From Chiloscyllium plagiosum (taxonomy: Eukaryota), in the NCBI RefSeq assembly GCF_004010195.1, contig NC_057758.1, positions 9,822,456 to 9,864,648 on the forward strand: a stretch of 42,193 nt of DNA. The letters run 5' to 3'. Of the stretch, positions 13,651 to 25,739 are shown one piece after another. Every line of letters begins with the position of its first letter. The first letter of the stretch is position 1. The notes beneath the pieces were generated by a model. The model ran no database searches. It saw only the letters and a list, made by a program, of their open reading frames with translations, and had not been told where the DNA came from. Position numbers and translations under genes: made by a program.

Positions 13651-13924
13651 CGCATATTTATGGAGCCGCCTTCTCCAGTGAGCTATGTAATTGTCCATCA
13701 CCATGCAACACAGTTTGTGGCAGGACTGCAGAGCTCAGATCTGATCTGTTGGTTGTGTGATTGTTTAGCTCTGTCTATCACTTACTGCTTCTGCTGTTTG
13801 ACATGCACATGGTCCTGTTTGGTAGCTTCATCAGGTTGACATCTATCTCATTTTTAGGCTTACCTGGTGCTGCTCCTGGCATACCACCTGCACTGTCCAT
13901 TGAACCAGAGTTGATACCCTAGAA

Positions 13925-14159
13925 GGAGAAACTGAGGATTGCAGATGCTGGAGATCAGAGTCAAAAAGTGTGGTGCTGGAAAAGCACAGCCAGTCAGGCA
14001 GCATCTGAGGAGCAGGAGAATCAACGTTTCGAGTATAAGCGTTTCAACAGGAATATGTCCACATTCCTGATGAAGAGCTTGTGCTCGAAACATTGACTCT
14101 TCTGCTCCTGGGATGCTGCCTGACTGGCTGTGCTTTTCCAGCGTCACAATCTTTGATGC
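13925..14159. mobile_element. Palindromic Penelope-derived short insertion (hammerhead family B) inside a LINE relic
   Basis: Inverted arms; hammerhead core 14067-14094; imperfect TSD TTGATACCCTAGAA (13911-13924) / TTGAACCCCTAGAA (14160-14173). Confidence 0.8.
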
Positions 14160-14683
14160 TTGAACCCCTAGAATGATTGGAAAAATTGAGTGGGGGATAT
14201 GCTGGGCCGTGAGGTTGCAGACTGTGTTAGTGTATGATTCTGCTGCAGTTGATGGATCATAGTGCCTCATGGATGACTGGTGAAGATGAGGTCAAGTATG
14301 TTTTCAAGTACGTTGTTTTCCTGAGCACTGGCTCAAACCCAGTCTAGCAGCTACATCTTTCAAAACTTAGCCAACTGATTCACCAACAGTGCTCCTGAGT
14401 CACTCTTACCTGTGACAGCTCCAAAATTCTGCAGCCTTCTCACCCTCAGTGCACACTCCAAGTGGTGTTCATCAGCAAATGAAGGGACTTTGCAGTACCT
14501 GGCCATCAGCCAAAAGGGTTCTTGTCCTGTGTTTGACATTTAAAGAGTCAGGAATTGGGACAGGACATAATAGGGGATGATGTTGGTGGTGTAAATATGA
14601 TTCTGTGAGTACAAATCAGTCAGATTGCTCCTGGAACAGTCTGTGAGACAGGACTCCCAGATGTCAAGACAGCTAGAGACTAT

Positions 14684-15283
14684 TGGAGGGTCAGTGCTGA
14701 GGAAGCTCCACATTTAAAAGGTCAGTGCTGACGGAGCGCCACACTGTTGGAGGGTTAGTGCTGAGGGAGAGCTGCACTGTTGGAGGGTCAGTGCTGAGGG
14801 AGGGCTGCACTGTTGGAGGGTCAGTGCTGATGTAGTGCTGCACTGTTGGAGGGTCAGTGCTGAGGTAGCGCCGCACTGTTGGAGGGTCAGTGCTGAGGGA
14901 ATGCCGCACTGTTGGAGGATCAGTGCTGAGGGAGGGTTGCACTGTCGGAGGGTCAGTGCTGAGGGAGGGCTGCACTGTCGGAGGGTCGGTGCTGAGGGAA
15001 TGCCACACTGTCAGAGGGTCACTGCTGAAGGAATGCTGCACTGTTGGAAGGTCAGTGCTGAGGGAGGGCTGCACTGTTGGAGGGTCAGTGCTGAGGGAAT
15101 GCCGCACTGTTGGAGGGTCAGTGCTGAGGAAGCTCCACATTTAAAAGGTCAGTGCTGAGGGAATGCCGCATTGTTGGAGGGTCAGTACTGAGGGAATGCC
15201 ACACTGTGGGAAGGTCAGTGCTGAGGGAGCGCCACACTGTTGGAGGGTCAGTGCTGGTGGAATGCTGCACTGTCAGAGGTTCA
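14684..15283. repeat. Second array of the 33-bp GGGTCAGTGCTGAGG minisatellite
   Basis: Same unit as 9388-10040, about 18 units. Confidence 0.95.
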
Positions 15284-15960
15284 GTTACAGACTGGAAACT
15301 AATTTGGGGATAAGGCTTATTAATATACAATGATGCCCAGGAGTGAGTTCAGTGAGTGCTATTTACAAAATAACAGAGACCAAAGAGAATGTTACAGAGT
15401 GGAATGTAATTGAAGGGTTCAGGAAATTTATATATAGAATAACAGATACCCAGGAGTGAGTTACAGACTGGAATCTAATCGAGGAGTTCAGGGTGGTTGA
15501 TGTGTACAATAACAAATACCTGAGAATGAGTTACAAACTGGAATTTGATCGAGGGATTCAAGGTGATTTAAATATAAAATTACAGATACCTAGAGCAAGT
15601 TACAGACCAGAATCTACTAGGAGAAAGTGAGGACTGCAGATGCTGGAGATCAGAGCTGAAAATGTGTTGCTGGAAAAGCGCAGCAGGTCAGGCAGCATCC
15701 AAGGAGCAGGATTCCTGAAGAAGGGCTCATACCCGTAACGTCAATTCTCCTGCTCCTTGGATGCTGCCTGACCTGCTGCGCTTTTCCAGCAACACACTTT
15801 CAGCTCAGACCAGAATCTAATCAAGGGATTTCAGGGAGGTTTATTTATAAAACAACAAATACCTGAAAGTGAGTTACACGAATGGAATCTAATCAAGGAG
15901 TTTAGGGAGGTTTATAATTAGAATAACAGATTCCCGGGAGTGAGTTACAGACTAATTGAA
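15284..15960. repeat. About 70-bp degenerate tandem repeat (GAGTTACAGACTGGAATCTAATC...AATAACAGATACC)
   Basis: Unit anchors at 15458, 15528, 15597, 15871 and 15942; interrupted by an insertion at 15617-15805. Confidence 0.85.
15617..15805. mobile_element. Palindromic Penelope-derived short insertion (family B) with 14-bp TSD
   Basis: TSD CAGACCAGAATCTA at 15603-15616 and 15806-15819; inverted arms; degenerate hammerhead CTGAAGA-A-GGGC-TCAT-ACCC-GTAA-CGTC. Confidence 0.88.
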
Positions 15961-17226
15961 TCCTACCCGTCTGCCGGCAGGATTGTTGGAAATCCCGAGC
16001 AAGTGGGTGGGCTGCCTCTCTGGGTGTTCCAGTCACGCTCTCCTGCTGCCATTGCCCTGTAATGACTCAGACAATGAATAGCTAATCTATTGGGTTCTGC
16101 GGTTTCATAGCCCACAATCTGGCCCATCACTGACTCTGGAGAAACACAACCTGGGAGTGTCAGCATCAGGGGAAGCCAAGTTTGCGACTTAATGCTGAGG
16201 GCTGCCCTTTGAATGAACTCACTCAGTGCCCAACAAACAAGGCGTGTCTACAAATGAATTAATCACTGTCATTACTTTCCAAGTGTAGGCCTGCACGACA
16301 GCCCCTCTGTGATTTCTGTTTTTTTCTCATTATTATCTGCTTCATTTTTCATTCTGGACACGTAGGTAAGTGTGCATTTGATGCTACCGAAGTTACCGAG
16401 CAGTGGCTAAAGGTGCAAATAACATAAAAGAGACACTCGCCCAACACCCCCAATTTGTGGACTTGCTGCTCCACTTGTGACATCTCAACCCGCAGCAGGA
16501 TCCTCTTCTCCCTCATTTTCGAGTTCCCTTCAAATGTCTCCAAACAATTTCCATTTGAAGGAGCGAGTTCCACAGTTGCCTCCCCCTTGCTACTCATCAC
16601 TGGCTGAAGAGCCTTCTCAAATTCCCCATTGCTAACTGCCTAATGTCAATGGTCTACCATTCTGTGACACACCTCAGGGATAGGTGAGCCTTAAACATGG
16701 ATCTCCTGGCTCACAGGTACATTACAACTGCACCACAACAGCTGGGCCTCCATTATTAGCAAAAAGAGGAAGCATTCTCTCTCAATTCACTTGATAAAAA
16801 GCTTTCATCATTTAAAGAGCCATAGGAGGTTGTTCTTCAGCATTCTTGTTCCAAAGCAGAACTAGTCTGTCAGTTCTTTCCTGATGTGCAAGGTCATTCA
16901 TGTCTGATATCTTCCTCCTAAAACCTCCCTCCCCTGTGTCTCGCTATCCATTTATTATGTGGCAACTAGACCACAAACCATATCTAAGTGTGATCCAACC
17001 AAGGTTCAATACCAGTTCAACATAAACTTCCCTTCTTTCCAATTCCACTTCAGAATTGTATAAGACTAAAATAAAAGGCCTATAATTTTGCAGAAATAGC
17101 AGTAAATATGAGGATTGGGTGGTTTATAGAACACAGCAAAGAAGGAACCAAGAAGCCAGTCTTTGTCAGCATGTTCTGTTGTTAACTGGAAAGTTGGTGA
17201 TTCAAGACCACCCAGGACAGAGCGCA

Positions 17227-17552
17227 GGGTGACACGGTAGCTCAGCGGTTAGCACTGCTGCCTCATAGTGCTAGGGACCCAGGTTCAGTACCAAACTCAG
17301 GAGCCTGTCGGTGTGGAGTTTGCACACTCTGCTCGTGTCTGCATGGGTTTCCTCCCACAGTTCAAAAGATGTGCAGGTTAGGTGAATTAGCCATGCAAAA
17401 TTGCCCAGTGTTCAGGGGTGTGTAGGTTAGTCAGGGGAAATGTACGATAATAGGATAGGGGAATGGGTCTGGGTGGGTTATTCTTTGGAGGGTAAGTGTG
17501 GACTTGCTGGGCTGTAGGGCCTGTTTCCACACTGTAGGAACTCTTTGATTCT
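17227..17552 (+). mobile_element. HE1-like V-SINE, near full length
   Basis: tRNA head (A-box GGTAGCTCAGCGG, B-box GGTTCAGTACC), V-domain GTGTCTGCATGGGTTTCCTCCCACAG, CR1-like tail GGGCCTGTTTCCACACTGTAGG. Confidence 0.85.
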
Positions 17553-17595
17553 GACAAGGAAAAGGCAAATAGAATATGAATGCAATCTAACAAAA

Positions 17596-17740
17596 AGGCA
17601 TCTGGATGGATATTTGAATAGGAAGGGTTCAGAGGGATATAGCCCAAGTGCTAGCAAATGGAACAAGATTAGGTTAGGATATCTGGTTGGCATGGACCAG
17701 TTGGACTGAAGGGTCTGTTTCTGTGCTGTACATCTCTCTG
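17596..17740 (+). mobile_element. CR1 extreme 3' end
   Basis: GGATATCTGGTTGGCATGGACCAGTTGGACTGAAGGGTCTGTTTC. Confidence 0.8.
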
Positions 17741-17779
17741 ATAAGAACAGAAAAATGGACTGTAAAGCTTCCATTGTTA

Positions 17780-20240
17780 CATAAAAAGGAAATGTTTGGC
17801 TAAAATGAATGTGGGCCCATTACAAGCAGAACCAGGAGAATTCATAACAGGGAACAGAAAAAGGAAGAACTAAGAAATGGCAAAGAAGCTAAAGACATAT
17901 TTTGTGTCTATCTTCACAGAGGAAGACACAAGAAGTCTCCCTGAAATAAATGGCCTAGTGAAAGAGTGGAACCTCAAATAATTTCTATTCATTATAAAGC
18001 AGCAATGGAGAAATGAATAGATCTGAAAATTGACAAATCCTCAAGATCTGATGACCTTCACCTGGAATAGTTCCTGCAGCTCAGAGGGTTGCTAATGTAA
18101 CCCCACTGTTTCAAGAAAGGAGAGAAACCGGAGTGCTACAGACTTGTCAGCTTAATATCAGTCTTAGGGAAAATGCCAGAATCTGTTCTAAAGGATATGA
18201 TTATTGGATATTTAGAAAATAATTGGCTGATTGGGCGGAGTCAACATAGATTTATGAAGTGGAAATCACATTTGACAAATCTACCAGTTTTGTTTCGGAT
18301 GTTACCAGCAGAGGTTATAGGGGGAAGACCCGTGGATGTAATGTAATTGGATTTTCAGAACACTTTTGAAAAAAATCACAGACAGGAGTTTCACAATCAT
18401 AATTTGGGCAGATGGGATTGTGGTGGTATACTAGTGTGGTGGTGGTGTACGAATGTGGTGGTAGTATACAAGTGTTGTGGTGGTATACTAGTGTGGTGGT
18501 GGTATACTAGTGTGGTGGTATACTGGTGTGGTGGTGGTATACTGGTGTTGTGGTGGTATACTAGTGTGGTGGTGGTATACTGGTGTGGTGGTGGTGTACG
18601 AATGTGGTGGTAGTATACTAGCGTTGTGGTGGTATACTGGTGTGGTGGTGGTATACTGGTGTTTGGTGGTATACTGGTGTGGTGGTGGTATACTAGTGTG
18701 GTGGTGGTATACTAGTGTGGTGGTGGTATACTGGTGTTGTGGTGGTATACTGGTGTGGTGGTGGTATACTAGTGTTGTGGTATACTAGTGTTGTGGTGGT
18801 ATACTAGCGTTGTGGTGGTATACTAGTGTTGTGGTGGTATACTAGTGTGGTGGTGGTATACTAGCGTTGTGGTGGTATACTAGTGTTGTGGTGGTATGCT
18901 AGTGTGGTGGTGGTGGTATACTGGTGTGGTGGTGGTATACTGGTGTTGTGGTGGTATACTGGTGTGGTGGTATACTGGTGTGGTGGTGGTATACTAGTGT
19001 GATGGTGGTATACTAGTGTGGTGGTGGTATACTAGTGTGATGGTGGTATACTAGTGTTGTGGTGGTATACTGGTGTGGTGGTGGTATACTGGTGTGGTGG
19101 TGGTATACTAGTGTTGTGGTGGTATACTAGTGTGGTGGTGGTATACTGGCGTTGTGGTGGTATACTGGTGTGGTGGTGGTATACTGGTGGTATACTAGTG
19201 TTGTGGTATACTAGTGTTGTTGTGGTATACTAGCGTTGTGGTGGTACACTAGTGTGGTGGTGGTATACTAGTGTGGTGGTGGTATACTGGTATTGTGGTG
19301 GTATACTGGTGTGGTGGTGGTAAACTAGTGTTGTGGTGGTATACTAGTGCTGTTGTGGTATACTAGCGTTGTGGTGGTATACTAGTGTGGTGGTAGTATA
19401 CTAGTGTTGTGGTATACTAGCGTTGTGGTGATATACTAGTGTGGTGGTGGTATACTAGTATTGTTGTGGTATACTAGTGTGGTGGTGGTATACTAGTGTT
19501 GTTGTGGTATACTAGTGTTGTGGTGGTGGTATACTAGTGTTGTTGTTGTATACTAGTGTGGTGGTGGTATACTAGTGTTGTTGTGGTATACTAGCGTTGT
19601 GGTGGTGGTATACTAGTGTGGAGTGAGGATTGGTTAACAACAAAAAGCAATGAGTAGGAATAAATGGGTCAACCTCAGGTTAGCAGGCTGTGACCAGTGG
19701 GGTACTGCAAGGAACAGTGCTTCGATGGATGTAGAATAGATGGGAGTGATGGAGGACTGATCTGGGAAACTGCAGCGTTGATTTTGGAGGGTGCAGGGTT
19801 GATTTGGACAGGCTGAGTGAGTGGGCAAATGCCTGACAGATGCAGTTTAATGCAGATCAATGTGAGGTTATTCACTTTAGTAGCAAAAACAGGAAGGCAG
19901 TTTGTTGTCTGAATGGCGATTGATTGGGAAAGAGGGCGATGCAATAAGACTTGGACGTCCTTATACATCTGTCACTAAAAGTAAGCATGCAGGCAGTGAA
20001 GAAGGCAAATGGTATGTTAGCCTTAATAACGAGAGAAATAGAGTGCAGGAGCAGGGATGTCTTGCTGCATTATACTGGGCTCTGGTGAGACTGCTCCTGG
20101 AATATTGTGTGCCTTTTTGATCTCCTTTTATGGTGAAAGATGGTCTGCCAATGGAGGGAATACAGAGAAAGTTTACCAGATTGATTCCTGGGGAGGTAAG
20201 ACTGACATATCAGGAGAGACATATGAAGAGAAATGATAGA
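17780..20240 (+). mobile_element. Old CR1 ORF2 relic split by an internal satellite expansion
   Basis: RT-region motifs on both sides of the array: GCTAATGTAACCCCACTGTTTCAAGAAAGG and DFQ..F before it, ALVRLLLEYCVPF after it. Confidence 0.75.
18418..19621. repeat. About 19-bp minisatellite (GTGTGGTGGTGGTATACTA)n with 16- and 22-bp variants
   Basis: About 1.2 kb of direct tandem units with strong G/T strand skew. Confidence 0.97.
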
Positions 20241-20269
20241 CTCATGATCAATTTCCATCATTGTATAGA

Positions 20270-21695
20270 CTCTGGCAGAGTTCGAATTGATGGAGATTAG
20301 CTAATGTAACCCCACATTTTTAAAAAGGAGGGAGAGAGAAAACTGGGAATTATAAACTGTTTTGTCCGACATCAGTGGAGAGGAAAATGCTCGAGTCAAT
20401 TATTAAGGATGTCATAACTGTGATAGAACTGGTCCTAGTCAGCATTGAGTCACTAAAGGGAAATCATGTTTGACAAATCTTTTTTGAGGATGTGTCCAGT
20501 CGAGTGGACGAGGGTGAATCAGCAGATGTTGTGTATCTGGACTTTCAAAAGGCTTTTGACAAGGTTCCACACAAGAGATTAGTAAGCAAAACTAAAGCTC
20601 ATGGTATCAGAGGTAATGTATTAATGTGGATAGAGAGCTGGTGGGCAGACAGGAACAGAGAGTTGGCATCAATGGGTCTTTTTCAGAGTGGCAGGTAGTG
20701 ATGAGTGGGGTACCACAGGGTTCAGTGCTGGCCCTCCAGCTGTTCACAATATACGTTAATGGTTTGGACAAAGGAATTAAATACAATATCTCCAAATTTG
20801 CAGACAACACTAAGCTGGCTGGCAGTGTGTGCTTTAAGGAGGATGCCAGGAGGCTGCAGGGTGACTTGAACAGACTGGCTGAGTAGACAAATATTTGGCA
20901 AATGCAATACAATGTAGATAAGTGTGAGGATATTCACTTTGGTCACAAAAACAGTAAGACAGATTATTATCTGAATGGTGACAGTTTTGGGAAAGGTGAG
21001 ATGCAATGAGAGACCTGGATGTCATGGTGGAACAGTTGCTGAAGGTTAGCATGCGGGTGCAGCAGGCAGTGAGGAAAACTGGCCTTCATAGTGAGAGGAT
21101 TGGAGTATCAGAATAAGGGTGTTTTACTGCAGTTATACAGGGCCACACGCGGATTATTGTGTGCAGTTTTGATCTCCTAGTCTAAGGAAGGATATTCTTG
21201 CTATTGAGGGAGTCCACCAAAGTGATTCCTGGGATGGCAGAACTGACATATGAGGAGAGACTGGATTGACTGGGCTTGTATTTGCAGGAATCTAGAAGAA
21301 TGAGGGAGGATCTTACTGAAACATATAAAATCCTGATGGGACTGGAAAGGCTAGATGTGAGAAGAATGCTCCCAATGTTTGGGAAGTCCAGAACTAGGGG
21401 TCACAGTCTAAGAATAAGAGGTAAGCCGTTCAGGACTGAGATGAGGAAGAATGTCTTCACTCAGAGAGTTTTGAACCTATGGAATTCTCTCCCACAGGAA
21501 GCTATTGGGGTCAGTTCATTAGATACATTCAAAAGGGAACTGGATGTGGCCCTTGCAGCCAAAGGGATCAAGGGGTATGGAATAAAAGTGGGATTGGGAT
21601 AGTGAAATTGCTTGATCAGCCATGATCATATTAAATGGTGGTGCAGGCTCAAAGGGCTGAATAGCCTACTCCTGCAGCTATTCTCTGTGTTTCTA
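20270..21695 (+). mobile_element. CR1 LINE ORF2 (RT to 3' end), frameshifted
   Basis: VVYLDFQKAFDKVPHKRL, SGVPQGSVL..LFTIYVN.LD, KFADNTKL, FRTEMRKNVFTQRVLNLWNSLP, 3' UTR. Confidence 0.92.
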
Positions 21696-21729
21696 AACTG
21701 ATCAGTTAGGAGTTATATTCCAGTTATGT

Positions 21730-22090
21730 TCATTGGAGTTTAGAAGAATGAGGTGAACTATCATAGAAACCTATAAAATTATAATAGGACTTGACAGTGT
21801 AAACACAGAAAGGATATTCCTGATGACCAAGGAGTCCAAAACCAGGAGTCACAGTCTAGGTCATTTCAGACTGCTATGAGAAGTGTCTTCACGCAGAGAG
21901 TGGTGAGCTTGTGGAATTCTTTGGCACAGTAAGTGGTTGAGGCGAAAATATTTAACATTTTCAAGAAGGAGATAGATATAGTTCTCAGAGCCAAAGGGAA
22001 CAGGCTGTTGAATAGGGTGATGAGCCAGGATCATATTGAATGGCAGAGCAAGTTCAAAGGGCTGAATGGCTTACTCCTATTTTCTATGTT
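21730..22090 (+). mobile_element. CR1 3' fragment
   Basis: GGAGTTTAGAAGAATGAG...TGTGGAATTCT...GGGCTGAATGGCTTACTCCT. Confidence 0.8.
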
Positions 22091-22161
22091 CCCACTCCCC
22101 ACTCCTGCACCCAGTTCCCACACATTATTCAATCACAGGATGAGGGCGTTGTTGGCTAGGT

Positions 22162-22661
22162 NNNNNNNNNNNNNNNNNNNNNNNNNNNNNNNNNNNNNNN
22201 NNNNNNNNNNNNNNNNNNNNNNNNNNNNNNNNNNNNNNNNNNNNNNNNNNNNNNNNNNNNNNNNNNNNNNNNNNNNNNNNNNNNNNNNNNNNNNNNNNNN
22301 NNNNNNNNNNNNNNNNNNNNNNNNNNNNNNNNNNNNNNNNNNNNNNNNNNNNNNNNNNNNNNNNNNNNNNNNNNNNNNNNNNNNNNNNNNNNNNNNNNNN
22401 NNNNNNNNNNNNNNNNNNNNNNNNNNNNNNNNNNNNNNNNNNNNNNNNNNNNNNNNNNNNNNNNNNNNNNNNNNNNNNNNNNNNNNNNNNNNNNNNNNNN
22501 NNNNNNNNNNNNNNNNNNNNNNNNNNNNNNNNNNNNNNNNNNNNNNNNNNNNNNNNNNNNNNNNNNNNNNNNNNNNNNNNNNNNNNNNNNNNNNNNNNNN
22601 NNNNNNNNNNNNNNNNNNNNNNNNNNNNNNNNNNNNNNNNNNNNNNNNNNNNNNNNNNNNN
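22162..22661. other. Assembly gap (500 N)
   Basis: Run of exactly 500 N; the round number suggests a placeholder of unknown true size. Confidence 0.99.
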
Positions 22662-22790
22662 CAAAGTCCATTACTCACCAAACTCCCTTACTCACCAAAC
22701 CTCCATACTGACCAAACTCCATTACTCACCAAACTCCCTTGTCACCAAACTCTCTTACTGACCAAACTCCCTGACTCATCAAACTCCCTT
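22662..22790. repeat. 17-bp tandem repeat (CAAACTCCCTTACTCAC)n abutting the gap
   Basis: About 7.5 visible units starting at the gap edge. Confidence 0.9.
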
Positions 22791-23113
22791 CCTGATGAAG
22801 GGCTTATTTCCGAAACGGCTGATTCTCCTGTTCCTCAGATGCTGTCTGACCTGCTGTGCTTTAGCATACACTCTTGACTCTGATCTCCAGCATCTGCCAT
22901 CCTAGTTGAGTTCAGCCTTACTGCGATGCCTCTTCCAAGGATGACTACGTTGAAGAAGTTTTCCTCTCTCTACAAAGATCTCAGTGAGTCTCTCTCTTAC
23001 TGTACTCCCCAAATCCTCTTTCTGATGAAGGGCTTGTGCCCGAAACATCGATTCTCCTGCTCTTCGGATGCTGTCTGATCTGCTGTGCTTTTCCAGCACT
23101 ATGTTCTCGACTC
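22791..23113. mobile_element. Two tandem Penelope terminal-repeat fragments (family B) with hammerhead cores
   Basis: CTGATGAAGGGCTTATTTCCGAAACGG at 22792 and CTGATGA-A-GGGC-TTGT-GCCC-GAAA-CATC at 23022-23049, each followed by the family B arm. Confidence 0.8.
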
Positions 23114-23119
23114 AAAGAT

Positions 23120-23670
23120 AGAGTGCACCGGTGAGACCACACCTAGATTACTGTGTACAGTTCAAGTCTTCTTACAGATGGAATGATATATTTGCTGGGG
23201 AGAAAGTGCAAAGAACAAAAGTTCATCAATTCCTGGGATGGAGGGATTGTCCTATATCGAAAAGGGGCTGTGTTCTCTGAAGTTTAGAAGATTGAGAGGT
23301 AATATCTGGTAGACATACAAAATCCTTACAGGGATGGTAATAAGTAGAAATAAGAAGAATGTTTCCCCTGGCTGTGAAGTCCTGAATGAGGAGACGAAGT
23401 CTCAGAATATAGAACAGACAATTTAGGACTGAGGTGAGGAGGAATGATTTTATTCAGACCATGGGTGAATATTTGGAATTCTCTAGCCCAAAGGCTGTGG
23501 ATACTCAGTCATTGAACATGTTTAAGGCAGAGATCAACACATTAATAGATGTTAAAGACACTGAGGCAGAGAAGAATGGTGTTGAGGTGCAAGATCAGTC
23601 ATGATCTCATTGAATAGCAGGTTAGATTTGAAGAGCTGGGCGGCCTCCTCCTACAGTAATTTCTTAAGGT
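23120..23670 (+). mobile_element. Decayed CR1 3' fragment closely resembling the intron-1 copy
   Basis: Colinear with 2230-2665. Confidence 0.8.
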
Positions 23671-24139
23671 TTTAGAACGAGTCCCATTGGTTATTTAAGG
23701 GGACATTTCAAAATATTCAGCATATAAATATTTCTACATAAAATAAAATTCTAAAGGGAGGGCCATCGTCCTAAAGACATTGGGAAAATATCAAACTTCA
23801 AGAAAAAGCATACAACTCCACAAAGGTGAATGACAGGTCAGATGATTGATCAGAATATAAAAAACTGCAAAGGACAACCAAACAGTTAAGTGGAGGGAAG
23901 AAATCAGTGTATGAGAAGAGTCCCGCTCGAAATGTAAAAATGGATAGCCAGAGTTCTCACAGGTATTTAACAGAAAAAAAAGCAAGAAAAGTGAGAAATA
24001 TTTTTTTCTGCCTTCACTGAAAGGGTCAAAAACCATTCCAGTAATAGCTGTAAGTCAGGAGTTGAAGGCAAAACAGGGCTAAATGATAGATATGAAAAGG
24101 AGAAAATATGTCTGCTCTGCTGAGGGCCGAACTAATAAG

Positions 24140-24545
24140 CCACACACACACAAGCGTACGGGGGTGGTGTTGGAATCAGAATGAAGGACAGTGATCATGT
24201 TGAACTCAGTGTTAAGTCCTGAAGGCTGTAAAGTATCAAAATGAAAAATGAAGTGGTGTTCGCTCAGCTTGCATTCAGCCTCACTGAAACACAATAGCAA
24301 GCCCCAGGATGGAAACATTTCCATGAGAGGGGATGGTGTGTTTAAATAACAAGCTACTGGAAGATCTGGGTGTAAGCGAACGATCAAGTGTAACACCTTC
24401 TGTCATTGGATGGGAAGGTGCCAAGATGAGAGGTGGATGGGGAAGTTTTAGTGATATAGGACTGGACAAGGGTGTCACAAAGGGAAAATTCCCTGTGGAA
24501 TGCTGACAGTGGACAGGAGTGGAAGATATGTTTGGTGTTGATATT
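24140..24545 (-). mobile_element. Penelope-like GIY-YIG C-terminal relic
   Basis: LPVACYLNT...GLLLCFSEAECKLSEHHFIFHFDTLQPSGLNTEFN, homologous to 30020-30285. Confidence 0.75.
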
Positions 24546-25139
24546 CCCCTCTCCACCATAGCACCTCCCTATTTCCTCCCATTCACTATCATTTACATCT
24601 ATTTTACCTCCGGATCCCTCCTTTATTACCATCAGCTCTCCCTTTGCTTTGGGCAGTGAGCACCTCACCATCTGCTCCACTTGCTCCTCCATCCTGTCTG
24701 TCAACAATATAAAAGCCATCATTTTCCAGGCCCCTTGAGATGAGGAGAAATGTATTCACCCTCATGATTTTAGGGGGTCAAACCTTCAGGAATCTCTCTT
24801 TAAACGGACCTTTACCATTAGAAACTCTTTTTAAAAAGTCTTGCACAAGTATACTTTGATAATTAGCTTAATACATCTTCCACTATAAATAATTCACTGT
24901 CAGGAATCTTCCATTAACCCAATGATTTACTCAGTATAGCTGCTATCAATAACAGCTCACCTTCCTGTAGAACACCAATAAATATATTCAGATAGATTCA
25001 GTATTAATACATTGACTATCACCAAACCACTCTGTCTCACAGGTACCAACTTATTATTGCAAATTTGAGCTGACCAGAAAGTTTCAGGTCTAGTTTTTAG
25101 GTTCCTGGTAAATCTCAACAATAGAATAGCAAACGTAGA

Positions 25140-25460
25140 GCACTCTCTCAATACTGCCCCTCCAACATCCCCTCAGTAGTAACCCTCCCCAAACTCCCTC
25201 AATACTGCCTTTCCAACATCCCCTCAGGAATAACCCTCCCCCTACTCTCTCAATACTGTCCCTCCGAAATCCCCTCAGTAGTAATCCACCCCATACTCCC
25301 TTAATACTGCCCCTCCAACATCCCCACAGGAGTAACTCTCCCCATATTCCCTCAGTACTGATCCTCCAACATCCCCTCAATACTGACCCTCCAACACTCC
25401 CTCAGTATTGATTCTCCAACACTCCCTCGGTAGTAATTCTCTCACGATTCCTCAGTAGCC
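25140..25460. repeat. Degenerate reverse-oriented relative of the CAGTGCTGAGGG minisatellite
   Basis: Repeated CCCTCAGTA / AATACTGCCCTCCAACATCCCCTCAG units. Confidence 0.75.
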
Positions 25461-25739
25461 ACAAATTGATTCAAACCAGGATCCATCCCAGATTAGAGCA
25501 GTGAACTTATCAACTATATAATCAGAAAGATGTGAAACAGTAAATGGTTTAAGAGAATTGTTTTAAAATGTATTTTAGTTGTTTCAGGCTGGTGATGGAT
25601 TCTGTTAACAGGCTTTGATTTCTTTCCTTTATCACCTTGAGAATATGGCACATTGCATTCTGTATCTGAGTCATTCACAGTAGCATTGAGCGACCAAGGG
25701 TCACCTGCAAGACTGACAGGTTTCATTCCTTGTCCTTAC

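Noticed and set aside
18347..18788. Trp/Val/Tyr-rich ORFs
   Set aside because: They are translations of the GTG/TATACTA minisatellite.
21933..22877. ORFs of 171-314 aa
   Set aside because: Artefacts of reading through 500 N.
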